The position numbers were made by a program, and so were the translations under genes. A stretch of 64,000 nt of DNA from an uncultured candidatus Porisulfidus sp. (lineage in GTDB: Bacteria; Pseudomonadota; Gammaproteobacteria; Poriferisulfidales; Oxydemutatoraceae). Positions 38,157-48,572 of this stretch are shown here, piece by piece (the first letter of the stretch is position 1; every line of letters begins with the position of its first letter). The stretch is from positions 2,130,712 to 2,194,711 of the forward strand of contig CBDAVG010000002.1 in assembly GCA_965200865.1 (NCBI GenBank). Direction: 5' to 3'. The notes below the pieces were generated by a model. That model was not told the origin of the DNA, searched no databases, and saw only the letters and a program-made list of their open reading frames with translations.

Positions 38157-38600
38157 ATGAAAGAAACCCAAAAGCCGATTGATCCGTTTACCCAAGTCAA
38201 TCGCAATAAATCTGTCCTTGAGGTGAGCATGCAAATACAAAAAATTGCACAACAGTATCGTTTTGATTGGAGCAGCGCAAAGGGTGTGATTGCCAAACTC
38301 TACGAGGAACTGGAAGAGATAATCGAAGCAGACACCGACATGCCTGAGCGGGAGCAGCGTATTAAGGAAGAACTGGGAGACTTTTTATTCACTGCGATAA
38401 GTCTGGCGCGGCACTATTCCATAGACCCTGAGGTTGCCTTGGACGAGGCTAACCGTAAGTTTGAGTGTCGCTTTGAGAAAATGGTGGAGATTATAGAGGC
38501 GAGCGGTTCAACTATCCTCAACGCTACCAAAGAACAAATGGAAGATGCTTGGCACCAAGCAAAGCAACGGGAAAAAGCACCGCCCAGAGCGAACCTATAG
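38157..38600 (+). CDS. MazG-family nucleoside triphosphate pyrophosphohydrolase (short form)
   Basis: 'EELGDFLFTAISLARHYSIDPEVALDEANRKFECRF' MazG EExxE/D motif. Confidence 0.7.
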   Translation: MKETQKPIDPFTQVNRNKSVLEVSMQIQKIAQQYRFDWSSAKGVIAKLYEELEEIIEADTDMPEREQRIKEELGDFLFTAISLARHYSIDPEVALDEANRKFECRFEKMVEIIEASGSTILNATKEQMEDAWHQAKQREKAPPRANL

Positions 38601-38656
38601 GTGCGCCTCCTCTACCCGGGCGATGCTTCTTGCTCTTACTTTGAGCGCGTCCTGCC

Positions 38657-39184
38657 CTAGAAGGGCAGACCGTGTCCCATACCGCCACCGATCATGCACA
38701 GTAGCATTGGTATAGAAAGCAGGGTGTTAGTACGAGATGCCATCAGTGCCTTTCTCTTCGCAGAGGCTTTCTCTTCGTCGCTGGCTTGTATGCCGCCTAT
38801 GCCCAGTACCTTTTTCTGGTTTGGCCAAATGATGCCCCATACATTGAGCAACATAATAGTACCGAGCCATGCACCTACGCCGATAACCTCGTAGGGGCTA
38901 TTCAGCAGAAATACTTTTGTAGTACTTCCGCCTCCATAGACAATTTCTATTGCGGCAGCACCAGTGAGCCATGTTAGCAAGGCACCGTAACGAAACCATG
39001 CAAGTGCTCGCGGCGCAACATATTTGTTGATTGCAGCCGGACCAGGGCCGTCTTTGTCGTTCATCGCTTCGGCAACTGCAGGTACTTGTACGAAATTGAA
39101 ATAATAGAGCAAGCCTATCCAAATAATTCCGACAAATACGTGTAGCCAAATGATTATAGAACTCATATTCAAACTCATATCCAT
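38657..39184 (-). CDS. polytopic membrane protein, possibly HemJ/UPF0093-like
   Basis: 175 aa, 4-5 TM; N-terminal 'WLHVFVGIIWIGLLYYFNF' loosely resembles the HemJ 'FHxxxxxxWFAGLFYLPR' motif. Confidence 0.3.
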   Translation of the reverse strand: MDMSLNMSSIIIWLHVFVGIIWIGLLYYFNFVQVPAVAEAMNDKDGPGPAAINKYVAPRALAWFRYGALLTWLTGAAAIEIVYGGGSTTKVFLLNSPYEVIGVGAWLGTIMLLNVWGIIWPNQKKVLGIGGIQASDEEKASAKRKALMASRTNTLLSIPMLLCMIGGGMGHGLPF

Positions 39185-39212
39185 AATGATATCTCCTTAT
39201 GTCAAATAGATA

Positions 39213-39290
39213 TTAAAGAATTAAACTAATTATCAACGCCAAAATAAAGCCAGCGATAATTGTTCCAGTAATAGAGTCAAGTGGGTTCAT
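39213..39290 (-). CDS. putative 25-aa hydrophobic peptide upstream of the membrane protein
   Basis: 'MNPLDSITGTIIAGFILALIISLIL' preceded by GGAGG 8 nt upstream; not in ORF table (<60 aa). Confidence 0.25.
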   Translation of the reverse strand: MNPLDSITGTIIAGFILALIISLIL

Positions 39291-39548
39291 AACAATTCCT
39301 CCTTGTTAAGTGGGTTAGCCGACGATTATATCACAAGACTGTTGCAGCGATACCGACAATATATTTGCGAATCAGCACAAAGTTATGAGCCATTTGTTCA
39401 AGTAAATTTGATATTGGAAATAAAATTGCACAAAATAACGATGTCAAGCCACTTTTGAAACACCAATTTGTTTATGTGGATTTCCAGTATTGATTTATTT
39501 TTGCATTACAATATCTAAACCATAGTTTTACAGAAGGAGGAATTTAAT

Positions 39549-40187
39549 ATGTACCCCAAAAAGATTTTCGTTATGCTCGTTTTAGTTATGACGCTTGCCA
39601 CAGGCATCGTAGAAGCTCGTTTCGGTTCAGCACCCGAAGGCTGGCCGTGTGTGCAACCCTATGTTGCCGAAGTCTCGGCAGGGGCGTTTTGGACTGGTGG
39701 TGAATTGCCTGCTAGTGAAGCCTTAGTAGGAAATGAGGCATTGATGAGATTGGTAGAGGAAGTGAGTGATAGGACTATTTCTTATGAACAGAGCCTTGAT
39801 AAGGTAAAAACTTTCTTAGATCAACTTGAAGGAAGTAGTCCCGAACATAAGCAAGAGCAAGTCGCCTTTCTAGTAGCCGCACTGACTGATGCAATCAACA
39901 GCAAGCGTGCGCAAGTACTAAAAGCGATAGAACGTTTCAGTAAACGCCAGCAAATGATGATTACACGTATAGAAAACCAAGACAACAAGATGAGGGCTAT
40001 TGAAGGTGACGACAGTTCGGAAAATGTCTCAACACTTGAAGATTTAGAGGCTCGTCAAAGATGGGATATTCGTGTTTTTGAAGAGCGTGAGTTCCAGAAA
40101 AATTATCTGTGTGAACAACCAGTTTTACTTGAGCAAAGATTCTTTTTGTTAGGGCGCGAGATTGCTGCTTGGCTTAGCAGCGAGTAA
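39549..40187 (+). CDS. secreted hypothetical protein (signal peptide, coiled-coil-rich)
   Basis: 212 aa, 'MYPKKIFVMLVLVMTLATGIVEA'. Confidence 0.5.
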   Translation: MYPKKIFVMLVLVMTLATGIVEARFGSAPEGWPCVQPYVAEVSAGAFWTGGELPASEALVGNEALMRLVEEVSDRTISYEQSLDKVKTFLDQLEGSSPEHKQEQVAFLVAALTDAINSKRAQVLKAIERFSKRQQMMITRIENQDNKMRAIEGDDSSENVSTLEDLEARQRWDIRVFEEREFQKNYLCEQPVLLEQRFFLLGREIAAWLSSE

Positions 40188-40189
40188 TT

Positions 40190-40620
40190 TGTGGCTGTTG
40201 AAAAATAGAACTGCCGTTTGTTGCCATTGCAACAAACGGCGTAACATTGTGCAGAACCAAAACGTAAACTATATGTGTAGGAGCGGACAATTGAAATGCC
40301 ACTTGACCTACTGGCTCAAGTGGCGGCTTTATTCTGCCCTAACGCGACGTACTTGCACGATTTATACATTCATCCATCAAATTTATGCAAACCATAATCT
40401 TGTGGCGCAAAGCGGTTACGGTTTTGCAGGATGGTACCGTAGGGCGGATATATAAATCCGCCCCTACCGTTATCGTTAATTTGGTGGCGCAAGCGGTTAC
40501 GTTTGGGTGATGACAGTACTTTTCAACAGCCCCATTCATCCATTTCGTTTAAGGTAACCATGATTTAATGGCGCAAAGCGGTTGAAGTTGTGCACAACGG
40601 TACTTTTTCAACAGCCCTGG
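40190..40620. repeat. MITE cluster (left TIR variant 'ctgttgaaaaatag', hairpin 'gccgtttgttgccattgcaacaaacggc', hairpin B, two right TIRs)
   Basis: TIR and hairpin modules. Confidence 0.65.
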
Positions 40621-40624
40621 TTCA

Positions 40625-41113
40625 TTAATTGGGTGGCTTTGATTCGGAATGATCGTGATCGCTTGGAGCCCGAGGACACCTTAGGCTTTGAAAGTTTACT
40701 AAGGCGATATTATATGTTGGTATGCTTATCGGCACGCGATTATCATAAAGCCAGTTGTGCTGTATTTTGTAGGCTTCCACTTCTCTTGCCTTCCAAGTCA
40801 GGCAGTCGTTTGCCAAAGTCGGAGAGTTGCGCTTGTACTGCACATAATGAACTAATTCATGTAGCAAGATACCACGCGCCTCCATGTTGCGTTGAACATC
40901 TAGTGTATCCTTAAGATATACAGCCCCGTCTTCTTTGGGAACCATGCCTAGTAAACTTCCACATGACTTACCGCCACAGAATTTGACTTCCATTTGTTTT
41001 TCCGTTAAGAACTTAACCTCTGGTGTGGGGATTTGCCCATCAGGGATATGCATGGCAGTACTGATGTATAACATCAATGAACTGATGATCGCTGGTATTG
41101 AGGCTACTTCCAA
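40625..41113 (-). CDS. hypothetical protein with HExxH zinc-metallopeptidase-like motif
   Basis: 'GILLHELVHYVQ'; start uncertain. Confidence 0.4.
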   Translation of the reverse strand: MEVASIPAIISSLMLYISTAMHIPDGQIPTPEVKFLTEKQMEVKFCGGKSCGSLLGMVPKEDGAVYLKDTLDVQRNMEARGILLHELVHYVQYKRNSPTLANDCLTWKAREVEAYKIQHNWLYDNRVPISIPTYNIALVNFQSLRCPRAPSDHDHSESKPPN

Positions 41114-41131
41114 TATCCCAGTCTCTTTTAT

Positions 41132-41941
41132 TTATGCGGTGGTTACAGGCCACTGCGATTCGTATATTTTCTTGCGCGAATCTATCGCTTTGGCAAATAA
41201 CACATCATCGTTTTCAGTGGCTAGATAAGAAAAATCAAAACTTGGATTCTCGCTAAAAGAGATATCGCCTTTAACCGCAAACACAACTTCGCCAAGACGA
41301 TTTTTAATCTCCACGCTTTCAATATAGTGCGGGGGAATAAAAAGAAGTGTTATCTGGTCTTTTTGCAGACCTGAAAAATTAGGATGGGTGATTACGAGAT
41401 GAAGGTCGCGCATTTTTGGATTATCTTGCGCATCGTCTTGTATCAGTTGCATTTTGCCCATCGTCAGTTTAGACATAGGGTCAATTTCCATCGGCGGCGC
41501 AGAACAACCGCCGGAGGCTTTGACAAAAGTCTTATTCATATAGAGTTTGCCATCGTTGGTTTCCGAGATAACACGAACATTACTATAAGTGTTAACACGG
41601 ATGCGGGTTGATATATCTGCTGCACCGTTTTTTGGTGACAAAGAAAATTTAGCCGCAACCGGAGACGGGTTCTCGTCAACTATCAGATGGTGGGTTTTAA
41701 TAAATTTGTCCGTTTTTTGCGGATAGCGCGAGGCAATCGTTATCGGTACATCGCCACCATTAGGAGGACGCTCGGGTGCTATAATTGAGACCCATTGACT
41801 TCCGTCCTCTACAGGACGGTCCTGAAACAGAAAATCACGAATATCTGCCCATGCTTCCTCTTGTTCTGCCCAAACAGTTCCAAGCTTAAGGGCTAGGCCT
41901 GTTGCAGTACTACACATTAAAAATTTGCGTCGATTAATCAT
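41132..41941 (-). CDS. Tat-exported fused SoxY-SoxZ-like sulfur carrier (internal GGC 'swinging arm' cysteine)
   Basis: 'MINRRKFLMCSTATGLAL' Tat motif; SoxY-like half '...ISTRIRVNTYSNVRVISETNDGKLYMNKTFVKASGGCSAP' then SoxZ-like half '...ITHPNFSGL...IPPHYIESVEIKN...NPSFDFSY'; both halves align to soxY/soxZ at 30.0-30.8 kb. Confidence 0.7.
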   Translation of the reverse strand: MINRRKFLMCSTATGLALKLGTVWAEQEEAWADIRDFLFQDRPVEDGSQWVSIIAPERPPNGGDVPITIASRYPQKTDKFIKTHHLIVDENPSPVAAKFSLSPKNGAADISTRIRVNTYSNVRVISETNDGKLYMNKTFVKASGGCSAPPMEIDPMSKLTMGKMQLIQDDAQDNPKMRDLHLVITHPNFSGLQKDQITLLFIPPHYIESVEIKNRLGEVVFAVKGDISFSENPSFDFSYLATENDDVLFAKAIDSRKKIYESQWPVTTA

Positions 41942-42166
41942 ATTGCTTACCTCATTTATATGTTTGGTTGAATTTCGGATTATAGCACAATGCCACATAC
42001 GATTGTCAAATTCGTGTATGATGCCATGACATACCGGATAAGGCTGTTTTATTCTAATAGTTTGCTACAATAACCACTCAAGCCCCTCTTTTGAGTCTTT
42101 TATCCGATAGACTTGAATAATTGATAGGGATTTTGCGAACATATATTTACTTTAGGAGGAAAGATC

Positions 42167-42565
42167 ATGAAATATTATAGAGTAGTTATAGCCTTAGTTT
42201 GTGTTTCTTTGTTATCGGTTGCCTGCATGCATTCCGACAACGAAAGTATTCCGGATTTGTCCGGAGAGTGGAAAGGAATCAATCAAACTGTATCCAACGC
42301 TAAAGGATATTCGGAATGGGAGAAAACGCTGACGATTAGCGAGCAGCAAGATCGTCGCTTCAAAGGTTCCTTTGATTATGACGAGGGTACTATAAACTTC
42401 TCAGGTGTGATTTTCGGTGATAATACATCTTTCGGATGGACATCCGAAGATAGCAAAGGCTACAACATAGGGAGAATACTTGGAGATAATAAAATCAGTG
42501 CGTGTTATGTGGAAGCCGGGAAGCAAGCGACCGCAGGCTGTGCCGAAATGGTTCGCGACCCCTAA
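42167..42565 (+). CDS. lipoprotein, hypothetical
   Basis: lipobox 'LLSVAC'; 132 aa. Confidence 0.5.
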   Translation: MKYYRVVIALVCVSLLSVACMHSDNESIPDLSGEWKGINQTVSNAKGYSEWEKTLTISEQQDRRFKGSFDYDEGTINFSGVIFGDNTSFGWTSEDSKGYNIGRILGDNKISACYVEAGKQATAGCAEMVRDP

Positions 42566-42686
42566 TCCTTGCACGACAACAGAATCGCCGATTGTCGCCG
42601 AGTGAAACCGCCACTTGCCCCAGTTGAGCAAGTGGCGGGACTTCGTACAAAATCTAAATATTGTGTTCGTTAGAAACAGTACGTAT

Positions 42687-43033
42687 GGAACTGTTGAAAA
42701 AGTACCGTCATCGCATGAATCCAACCGCTTGCGCCATTGAATTTACGAAAATGGTAGGGGCGGATTTGCATATCCGCCCTAAAGTTGAGTCCTCACACAA
42801 ATCTACCCGCTCTGCGCCACCAAATCATGGTTACCGTAAACGAAATGAATGAATGTATTGATTGTGCAGACGTGCCACAACCACCCCGTCAGATAGAACC
42901 GCCGATTGAGCCAGTAGATCAATCGGCGTAACATTGTGCAGAACTCCAGCATGATTGCTAAACGCATACATTACAAAATGCATAGGCCTGCCACCCCTCC
43001 AAAGGAGAGGAATATCACTTTTTCAACAGCCCC
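42687..43033. mobile_element. composite MITE (~347 bp) with IS-type TIRs and nested hairpin modules
   Basis: 'ggaactgttgaaaaagtaccgtcatcgc...' to '...atcactttttcaacagcccc'; contains hairpin B, hairpin A, 'acattgtgcagaac', hairpin E. Confidence 0.7.
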
Positions 43034-43067
43034 AATATGGTTGATATACAAAGCGCAATGGTAAGGC

Positions 43068-44057
43068 ATGAAGCGTAGAACGTTTCTGAGTGTCGGGGCA
43101 AGCCTAGTTATGCTTTCTATGCTTGACTTAAAGCATGGTTTCGGTTCGCCTCAACCCAAAGTTGGCATGGTCTACGATCCGTTATTTGCAGAAGATTGGC
43201 GCATGCCCGACCATCCGGAATCACCCATGCGCTACCAATCAATCATCAACAGCCTTGAGCAGAACGGCATATTGAGGCAAACTTCAAAAATAGAATTGCT
43301 AGATGAAGTTGAAGCTTCATTGTTGACGGTGCATAATAAAAAACATATTGATACGATTAGAAAATTTTATATTTATGCACATGATATTGCGTTGGCGTCG
43401 GTTGGTGCTGGATTAGCCGCTGTCGATGCAGTTTGTAGCGGTACGCACAATAGTGTTTTTTGTGCCATACGTCCGCCGGGTCATCACGCCTTGAATACCG
43501 GCCGAGAGGAAGGCTTTTGTTTTTATAACAATATTGCCATTGCTGCGCGCTATGCACAAAACAAATATAAACGTGAGAAAATCTTAATCATAGATTGGGA
43601 TTATCATCACGGCAACGGCACGGAGGCAGCCTTTTATGACGATCCGTCGGTGCTTTTTTTCTCTACACACGATCACCGGGCTTATCCGGGCACTGGCAAT
43701 CCGGCTAGAATCGGTGTCGATAAAGGCAAAGGATACAATATTAATGTGCATTTAGATTGTGGTGCAAACGATAAGGACATCGTAGGTGTATTCAACGACA
43801 TACTGCTTCCTGCCGCACACCGCTTCAAACCCGACTTGATATTGATATCGGCAGGATTTGATAGCCGCAAAGACGATTTATTGGGATGCTTTGACATTAC
43901 CGACGATGGCTTTGCTCAACTAACACATATCGTGCGTAATCTTGCAGACGAGTACTGCGACGGATGTATGGTATCATTACTGGAAGGGGGGTATAGTTTA
44001 TCGGGACTGGCAAGTGCCACGGTTGCACACCTTAGAGCGATGCTTCAAATGTCCTGA
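43068..44057 (+). CDS. Tat-exported histone-deacetylase-family (acetylpolyamine/acetoin-type) amidohydrolase
   Basis: 'MKRRTFLSVGASLVML' Tat motif; HDAC motifs 'IIDWDYHHGNGTEAAFYDDP', 'GFD'. Confidence 0.7.
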   Translation: MKRRTFLSVGASLVMLSMLDLKHGFGSPQPKVGMVYDPLFAEDWRMPDHPESPMRYQSIINSLEQNGILRQTSKIELLDEVEASLLTVHNKKHIDTIRKFYIYAHDIALASVGAGLAAVDAVCSGTHNSVFCAIRPPGHHALNTGREEGFCFYNNIAIAARYAQNKYKREKILIIDWDYHHGNGTEAAFYDDPSVLFFSTHDHRAYPGTGNPARIGVDKGKGYNINVHLDCGANDKDIVGVFNDILLPAAHRFKPDLILISAGFDSRKDDLLGCFDITDDGFAQLTHIVRNLADEYCDGCMVSLLEGGYSLSGLASATVAHLRAMLQMS

Positions 44058-44158
44058 CTGACTCTAATCGGTACCCTTTTCATTGATATATGCGATTACC
44101 GAACACAGCTACGATGAAGAAATAGTACCAACTTTATAACATGATAAAGGAGTAAAAG

Positions 44159-45859
44159 ATGAGTAGTTTTTTTTCAAAGGAGCGGATTGTAGCTAAAGAA
44201 GGGTTTAATCGTTGGCGCGTACCACCGGCATCCATTGCGATACACCTTTGCATTGGTTCAGTCTATGCGTGGAGTATTTACAACCCGGCATTGACCAAAG
44301 TCGTCGGTGTCGTTGCCAGTTCTGCCGACGATTGGACTTTAACCGAAGTTGTCTGGATTTTCACCGTTGCCATTTTAGTTTTAGGGCTTGCTGCGGCGTT
44401 TGCCGGCAAATGGCTTGAGAAGGTCGGGCCACGCACAGTAGGCATCGTTGCTGCCTTTTGCTGGGGAGGTGGTTATATAGTAGGCAGTCTGGGCATCTAC
44501 TTGAATCAAGTATGGCTACTTTATCTCGGCTACGGTGTAATCGGTGGTTGCGGTTTAGGTTTGGGTTATGTCTCACCAGTCAGTACTTTGATCCGTTGGT
44601 TCCCCGACCGGCGTGGCATGGCAACCGGAATGGCAATTATGGGTTTCGGTGGCGGCGCAATGCTGGGAACACCTCTGAAAGAGTATTTCCTTCAAAAATT
44701 TTACCATGCCCCTGAGTATTTAGGTTCAGTTGATAGTTTGAGTTTAATCACTGAAGCTGGTAGACGCTTTGTGGAAATAGGCGGCGAATTAAAAGAAGTG
44801 GTGGTGGTCAGTGCAAACGAAGTTTCCGGCATGATTGTTCCAGGAGATCCCGGCGTTTATCTACTCGGCACAGGTTCGGTCGGTGCATGGCAGACATTCT
44901 TATTTATCGGTTTAATTTATTTTGTTGTGATGCTGATCGCAGCATTGAGCTACCGTATTCCTCGCGAGGGTTGGACCCCCGAAGGTTGGACACCGCCGAG
45001 TGAATCCGTTGCCGCTAAGAAAATGATAACCCAAGGCAATGTAGACATAGACCAAGCATTGAAAACACCGCAATTCTATCAACTATGGATTGTTTTATGC
45101 TTCAATGTCACCGCCGGTATTGGTGTTATCGGCGTTGCCAAGACAATGGTGACAGATATCTTTGGCTCCGCTTTGCCGGGCATAGTAGACGGTGCCTTTG
45201 CCGCAACTTATGTTTTGATGATCAGCGTATTTAATATGATCGGTAGAGTATTGTGGGCAGGTTCGTCTGATTTTATCGGGCGCAAAAACACCTATTGGAT
45301 ATTTTTTGTCGGCGGTATCATACTTTATTTATCTATCCCATTTGCGGCGCAACAAGTGAGTGTCCATCCTACGGTATTCTGGCTGGTATTTTTCTATGCA
45401 GCAACGATGATTATATTCACATTTTACGGCGGTGGTTTTGCAACCATTCCTGCATATTTGGCAGATATTTTTGGCACCCACCATGTCGGTGGTATCCACG
45501 GTAGGCTACTGACCTCATGGAGTACCGCTGGTGTATTAGGACCACTTGCTATTACAACTTTGCGTCAAAACTCGCTCAGCAATTCAATTCACGAATTAGC
45601 TGCCAAAGTTGATCCTGCAAGATTTGCCGAAACATTCGGAGCAGGAATTGATAAACTGGATTTATTGATTGAAAAAAAGACCGTGACACTTGCCAAGTTG
45701 TTGGAAATCTCACCGCCGGGAACCGTAGACCCTACGCCCAGTCTGTATAACACAACGATGTATTTGATGGCGTTTTTACTACTCATAGCCCTGATATCAA
45801 ATGCGTTTATGAAGCCGGTGCATCCCAAGCACTATATGAAAGGTGAAAAATCAGCATAG
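44159..45859 (+). CDS. MFS transporter, oxalate/formate antiporter (OFA) family, copy 1
   Basis: 566 aa, 12 TM; ~90% identical to 46766..48466. Confidence 0.7.
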   Translation: MSSFFSKERIVAKEGFNRWRVPPASIAIHLCIGSVYAWSIYNPALTKVVGVVASSADDWTLTEVVWIFTVAILVLGLAAAFAGKWLEKVGPRTVGIVAAFCWGGGYIVGSLGIYLNQVWLLYLGYGVIGGCGLGLGYVSPVSTLIRWFPDRRGMATGMAIMGFGGGAMLGTPLKEYFLQKFYHAPEYLGSVDSLSLITEAGRRFVEIGGELKEVVVVSANEVSGMIVPGDPGVYLLGTGSVGAWQTFLFIGLIYFVVMLIAALSYRIPREGWTPEGWTPPSESVAAKKMITQGNVDIDQALKTPQFYQLWIVLCFNVTAGIGVIGVAKTMVTDIFGSALPGIVDGAFAATYVLMISVFNMIGRVLWAGSSDFIGRKNTYWIFFVGGIILYLSIPFAAQQVSVHPTVFWLVFFYAATMIIFTFYGGGFATIPAYLADIFGTHHVGGIHGRLLTSWSTAGVLGPLAITTLRQNSLSNSIHELAAKVDPARFAETFGAGIDKLDLLIEKKTVTLAKLLEISPPGTVDPTPSLYNTTMYLMAFLLLIALISNAFMKPVHPKHYMKGEKSA

Positions 45860-45902
45860 AATAGGATATACTAACGAGTTTTGTTTCAACACACGATAAT
45901 TT

Positions 45903-46433
45903 ATGAGGAGAAAAAACGATATGATATTTAGCAATAGCAAACAATTACTTAGCAATATCTGCCGCTGTTCAATAATGAGCCGTGGATTATTCATCGCAAT
46001 ATTTGCAGCCAGCATAATTGGCTCGCCGGCGGTTGCCGTTGACCTTGAAAAAGGCCAAAAAACTTTTGTCAAGTGTGGAATATGTCATGCGGTGGAAAAG
46101 GATGTAAGCAAGATAGGTCCTAGCCTGTATGGTGTCTTCGGGCGCAAGGCAGGAAGTTTGGAAAGTTTCCCAAACTATTCCGATGCAATCAAATCAACGG
46201 ATATTGTCTGGGGAGATGAGACCATACGCGAATTGCTAAAAGCACCGCGCACTTACATTCCCGGCACAAAAATGATTTTTTTAGGTATCAAGAGTGATGA
46301 GGAAATAGATAATTTATTGGGTTATCTAAAAACGGTCACAGGTGCCGAGACTGGTTCCGAGACTTCCGATGCCGAAACTTCCGATGCCGGCTCTGCCGTT
46401 GAGGCATCCCCAACCGAAACCGCCACAGAATAG
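45903..46433 (+). CDS. class I c-type cytochrome (c2/c550-like) with C-terminal acidic ET/SD repeat tail
   Basis: signal peptide; 'CGICHAV' haem site; Met ligand region 'YIPGTKMIF'. Confidence 0.75.
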   Translation: MRRKNDMIFSNSKQLLSNICRCSIMSRGLFIAIFAASIIGSPAVAVDLEKGQKTFVKCGICHAVEKDVSKIGPSLYGVFGRKAGSLESFPNYSDAIKSTDIVWGDETIRELLKAPRTYIPGTKMIFLGIKSDEEIDNLLGYLKTVTGAETGSETSDAETSDAGSAVEASPTETATE

Positions 46434-46439
46434 CTCTCA

Positions 46440-46700
46440 AAATGGTAGGGGAGGGCTAACATGCCCTCCCTAGAGTATTGTACTTGTACCATCTCATCCG
46501 CCACGCGCCACCAAATCATGGTTACCGTAAACGAAATGGATGAATGGATTGTTTGTGCAGACGCAACGCGTTAGGGCGGATATATAAATCCGCCCCTACA
46601 TTTCGTTTCACATTGTGGTTTTGAACAACATGTTCAGGTTCTGTACGAAGTTACATCGATTGACCTACTGGCTCAATCGGCAGCTTTATTCTGCCCCTAC
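46440..46700. repeat. repeat cluster (family-D palindrome, hairpin B, hairpin A)
   Basis: shared modules. Confidence 0.6.
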
Positions 46701-46765
46701 GGTTCATGAAATAATTTTCCAATAGCTTCATAGTGCCGACTTTATAACATGATAAAGGAATAAAG

Positions 46766-48466
46766 ATGAGTGGCTTTTTTTCCAAAGAGCGGATTATAGC
46801 TGAGGAGGGCTTTAATCGCTGGCGCGTACCACCGGCATCGATTGCGATACACCTTTGCATTGGTTCAGTCTATGCATGGAGTATTTACAACCCTGCATTG
46901 ACGAAAGTCGTTGGTATCGTCGCCAGTTCCGCCCACGATAATACTTTAACTGAGGTTGTTTGGATTTTCACCGTTGTCATTGTGATTGCAGGGCTTGCTG
47001 CGGCGTTTGCCGGCAAAAGGCTTGACGAAGTCGGGCCACGCACAGTCGGTATCGTCGCCGCCTTTTGCTGGGGAGGTGGTTATATAGTAGGCAGCCTGGG
47101 CATCTATTTGAATCAAATATGGCTCCTTTATTTCGGCTATGGTGTGATTGGTGGTTTCGGTTTAGGTCTAGCTTACGTCTCACCAGTCAGCATTTTAATC
47201 CGTTGGTTCCCAGACCGGCGTGGGATGGCAACCGGAATGGCAATTATGGGTTTCGGTGGCGGTGCAATACTGGGAACGCCCTTAAAAGAGTATTTCCTTC
47301 AAAAATTTTACCGTGCCCCTGACTATCTAGGTTCAATTGATAGTTTGAATTTAATCACCGAAGCCGGTAGACGTTTTGTGGAAATAGGCGGCGAATTGAA
47401 AGAAGTGGTGGTGGTTGGAGCAAACGAGGTTTCCGACATGATTGTTCCGGGAGATCCTGGTGTTTATCTACTCGGCACAGGTTCGGTCGGTGCCTGGCAG
47501 ACATTTTTATTTATCGGCTTAATTTATTTTGTTGTGATGCTGATCGCAGCATTGAACTACCGTATTCCTCCCAAGGGTTGGACTCCCAAAGGCTGGACAC
47601 CGCCGAGTGAATCCGTTGCCGCTAAGAAAATGATAACACAAAACAATGTAGACATGGATCAAGCACTGAAGACACCGCAATTCTATCAACTGTGGATTCT
47701 CTTATGCTTCAATGTTACCGCCGGTATTGGTGTTATCGGTGTTGCGAAGACAATGATCACTGATATCTTCGGCTCCGCTTTGCCAGGAATAGTAGACGGT
47801 GCCTTCGCCGCAACTTATGTTTTGATGATTAGCGTATTCAATATGATCGGTAGACTATTGTGGGCAGGTTCGTCCGATTTCATCGGGCGCAAAAATACCT
47901 ACTGGATATTTTTTATCGGCAGTATATTACTATATTTGTCTATCCCGTTTGCTGCGCAACAAGTGAGTGTTCATCCCACGGTATTCTGGCTGGTATTTTT
48001 CTACGCAGCAACGATGATTATATTCACATTCTACGGCGGTGGTTTCGCAACCATTCCTGCATATTTGGCGGATATTTTTGGCACCCATCATGTCGCTGGC
48101 ATCTACGGTAGGCTACTGACCTCAATGAGTACCGCTGGTGTATTAGGGCCACTTGCTATTACGACTTTGCGTCAAAACTCACTCAGCAATTCAATTCACG
48201 AACTAGCTGCCAAAGTTGACTCAGCGAAATTTGCCGAAACATTTGGAGCAGGAATCGATAAACTAGACTTGTTGATTGAAAAACAGACCGTGACACTTGG
48301 TAAGTTGTTGGAAATCTCGCCACCGGGAACCGTAGACCCTACACCCAGTCTATATAACACGACGATGTATTTGATGGCTTTTCTGCTACTCATTGCCCTG
48401 ATATCAAATGCGTTTATGAAGCCGGTGCATCCCAAACACTATATGAAAGACGGTAAATCAAAATAG
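46766..48466 (+). CDS. MFS transporter, OFA family, copy 2 (tandem paralogue)
   Basis: 566 aa; duplication includes ~30 bp upstream RBS region and 3' flank. Confidence 0.7.
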   Translation: MSGFFSKERIIAEEGFNRWRVPPASIAIHLCIGSVYAWSIYNPALTKVVGIVASSAHDNTLTEVVWIFTVVIVIAGLAAAFAGKRLDEVGPRTVGIVAAFCWGGGYIVGSLGIYLNQIWLLYFGYGVIGGFGLGLAYVSPVSILIRWFPDRRGMATGMAIMGFGGGAILGTPLKEYFLQKFYRAPDYLGSIDSLNLITEAGRRFVEIGGELKEVVVVGANEVSDMIVPGDPGVYLLGTGSVGAWQTFLFIGLIYFVVMLIAALNYRIPPKGWTPKGWTPPSESVAAKKMITQNNVDMDQALKTPQFYQLWILLCFNVTAGIGVIGVAKTMITDIFGSALPGIVDGAFAATYVLMISVFNMIGRLLWAGSSDFIGRKNTYWIFFIGSILLYLSIPFAAQQVSVHPTVFWLVFFYAATMIIFTFYGGGFATIPAYLADIFGTHHVAGIYGRLLTSMSTAGVLGPLAITTLRQNSLSNSIHELAAKVDSAKFAETFGAGIDKLDLLIEKQTVTLGKLLEISPPGTVDPTPSLYNTTMYLMAFLLLIALISNAFMKPVHPKHYMKDGKSK

Positions 48467-48572
48467 CATAGGATATGCTAACGCGTTGCGTCTGCACTAG
48501 TCAATTCCCCTACTTTGGGGGGGAATATCAATTGTTCCAGGCCGACCGCTCTGGGCATGGAAAAGATGCGCC

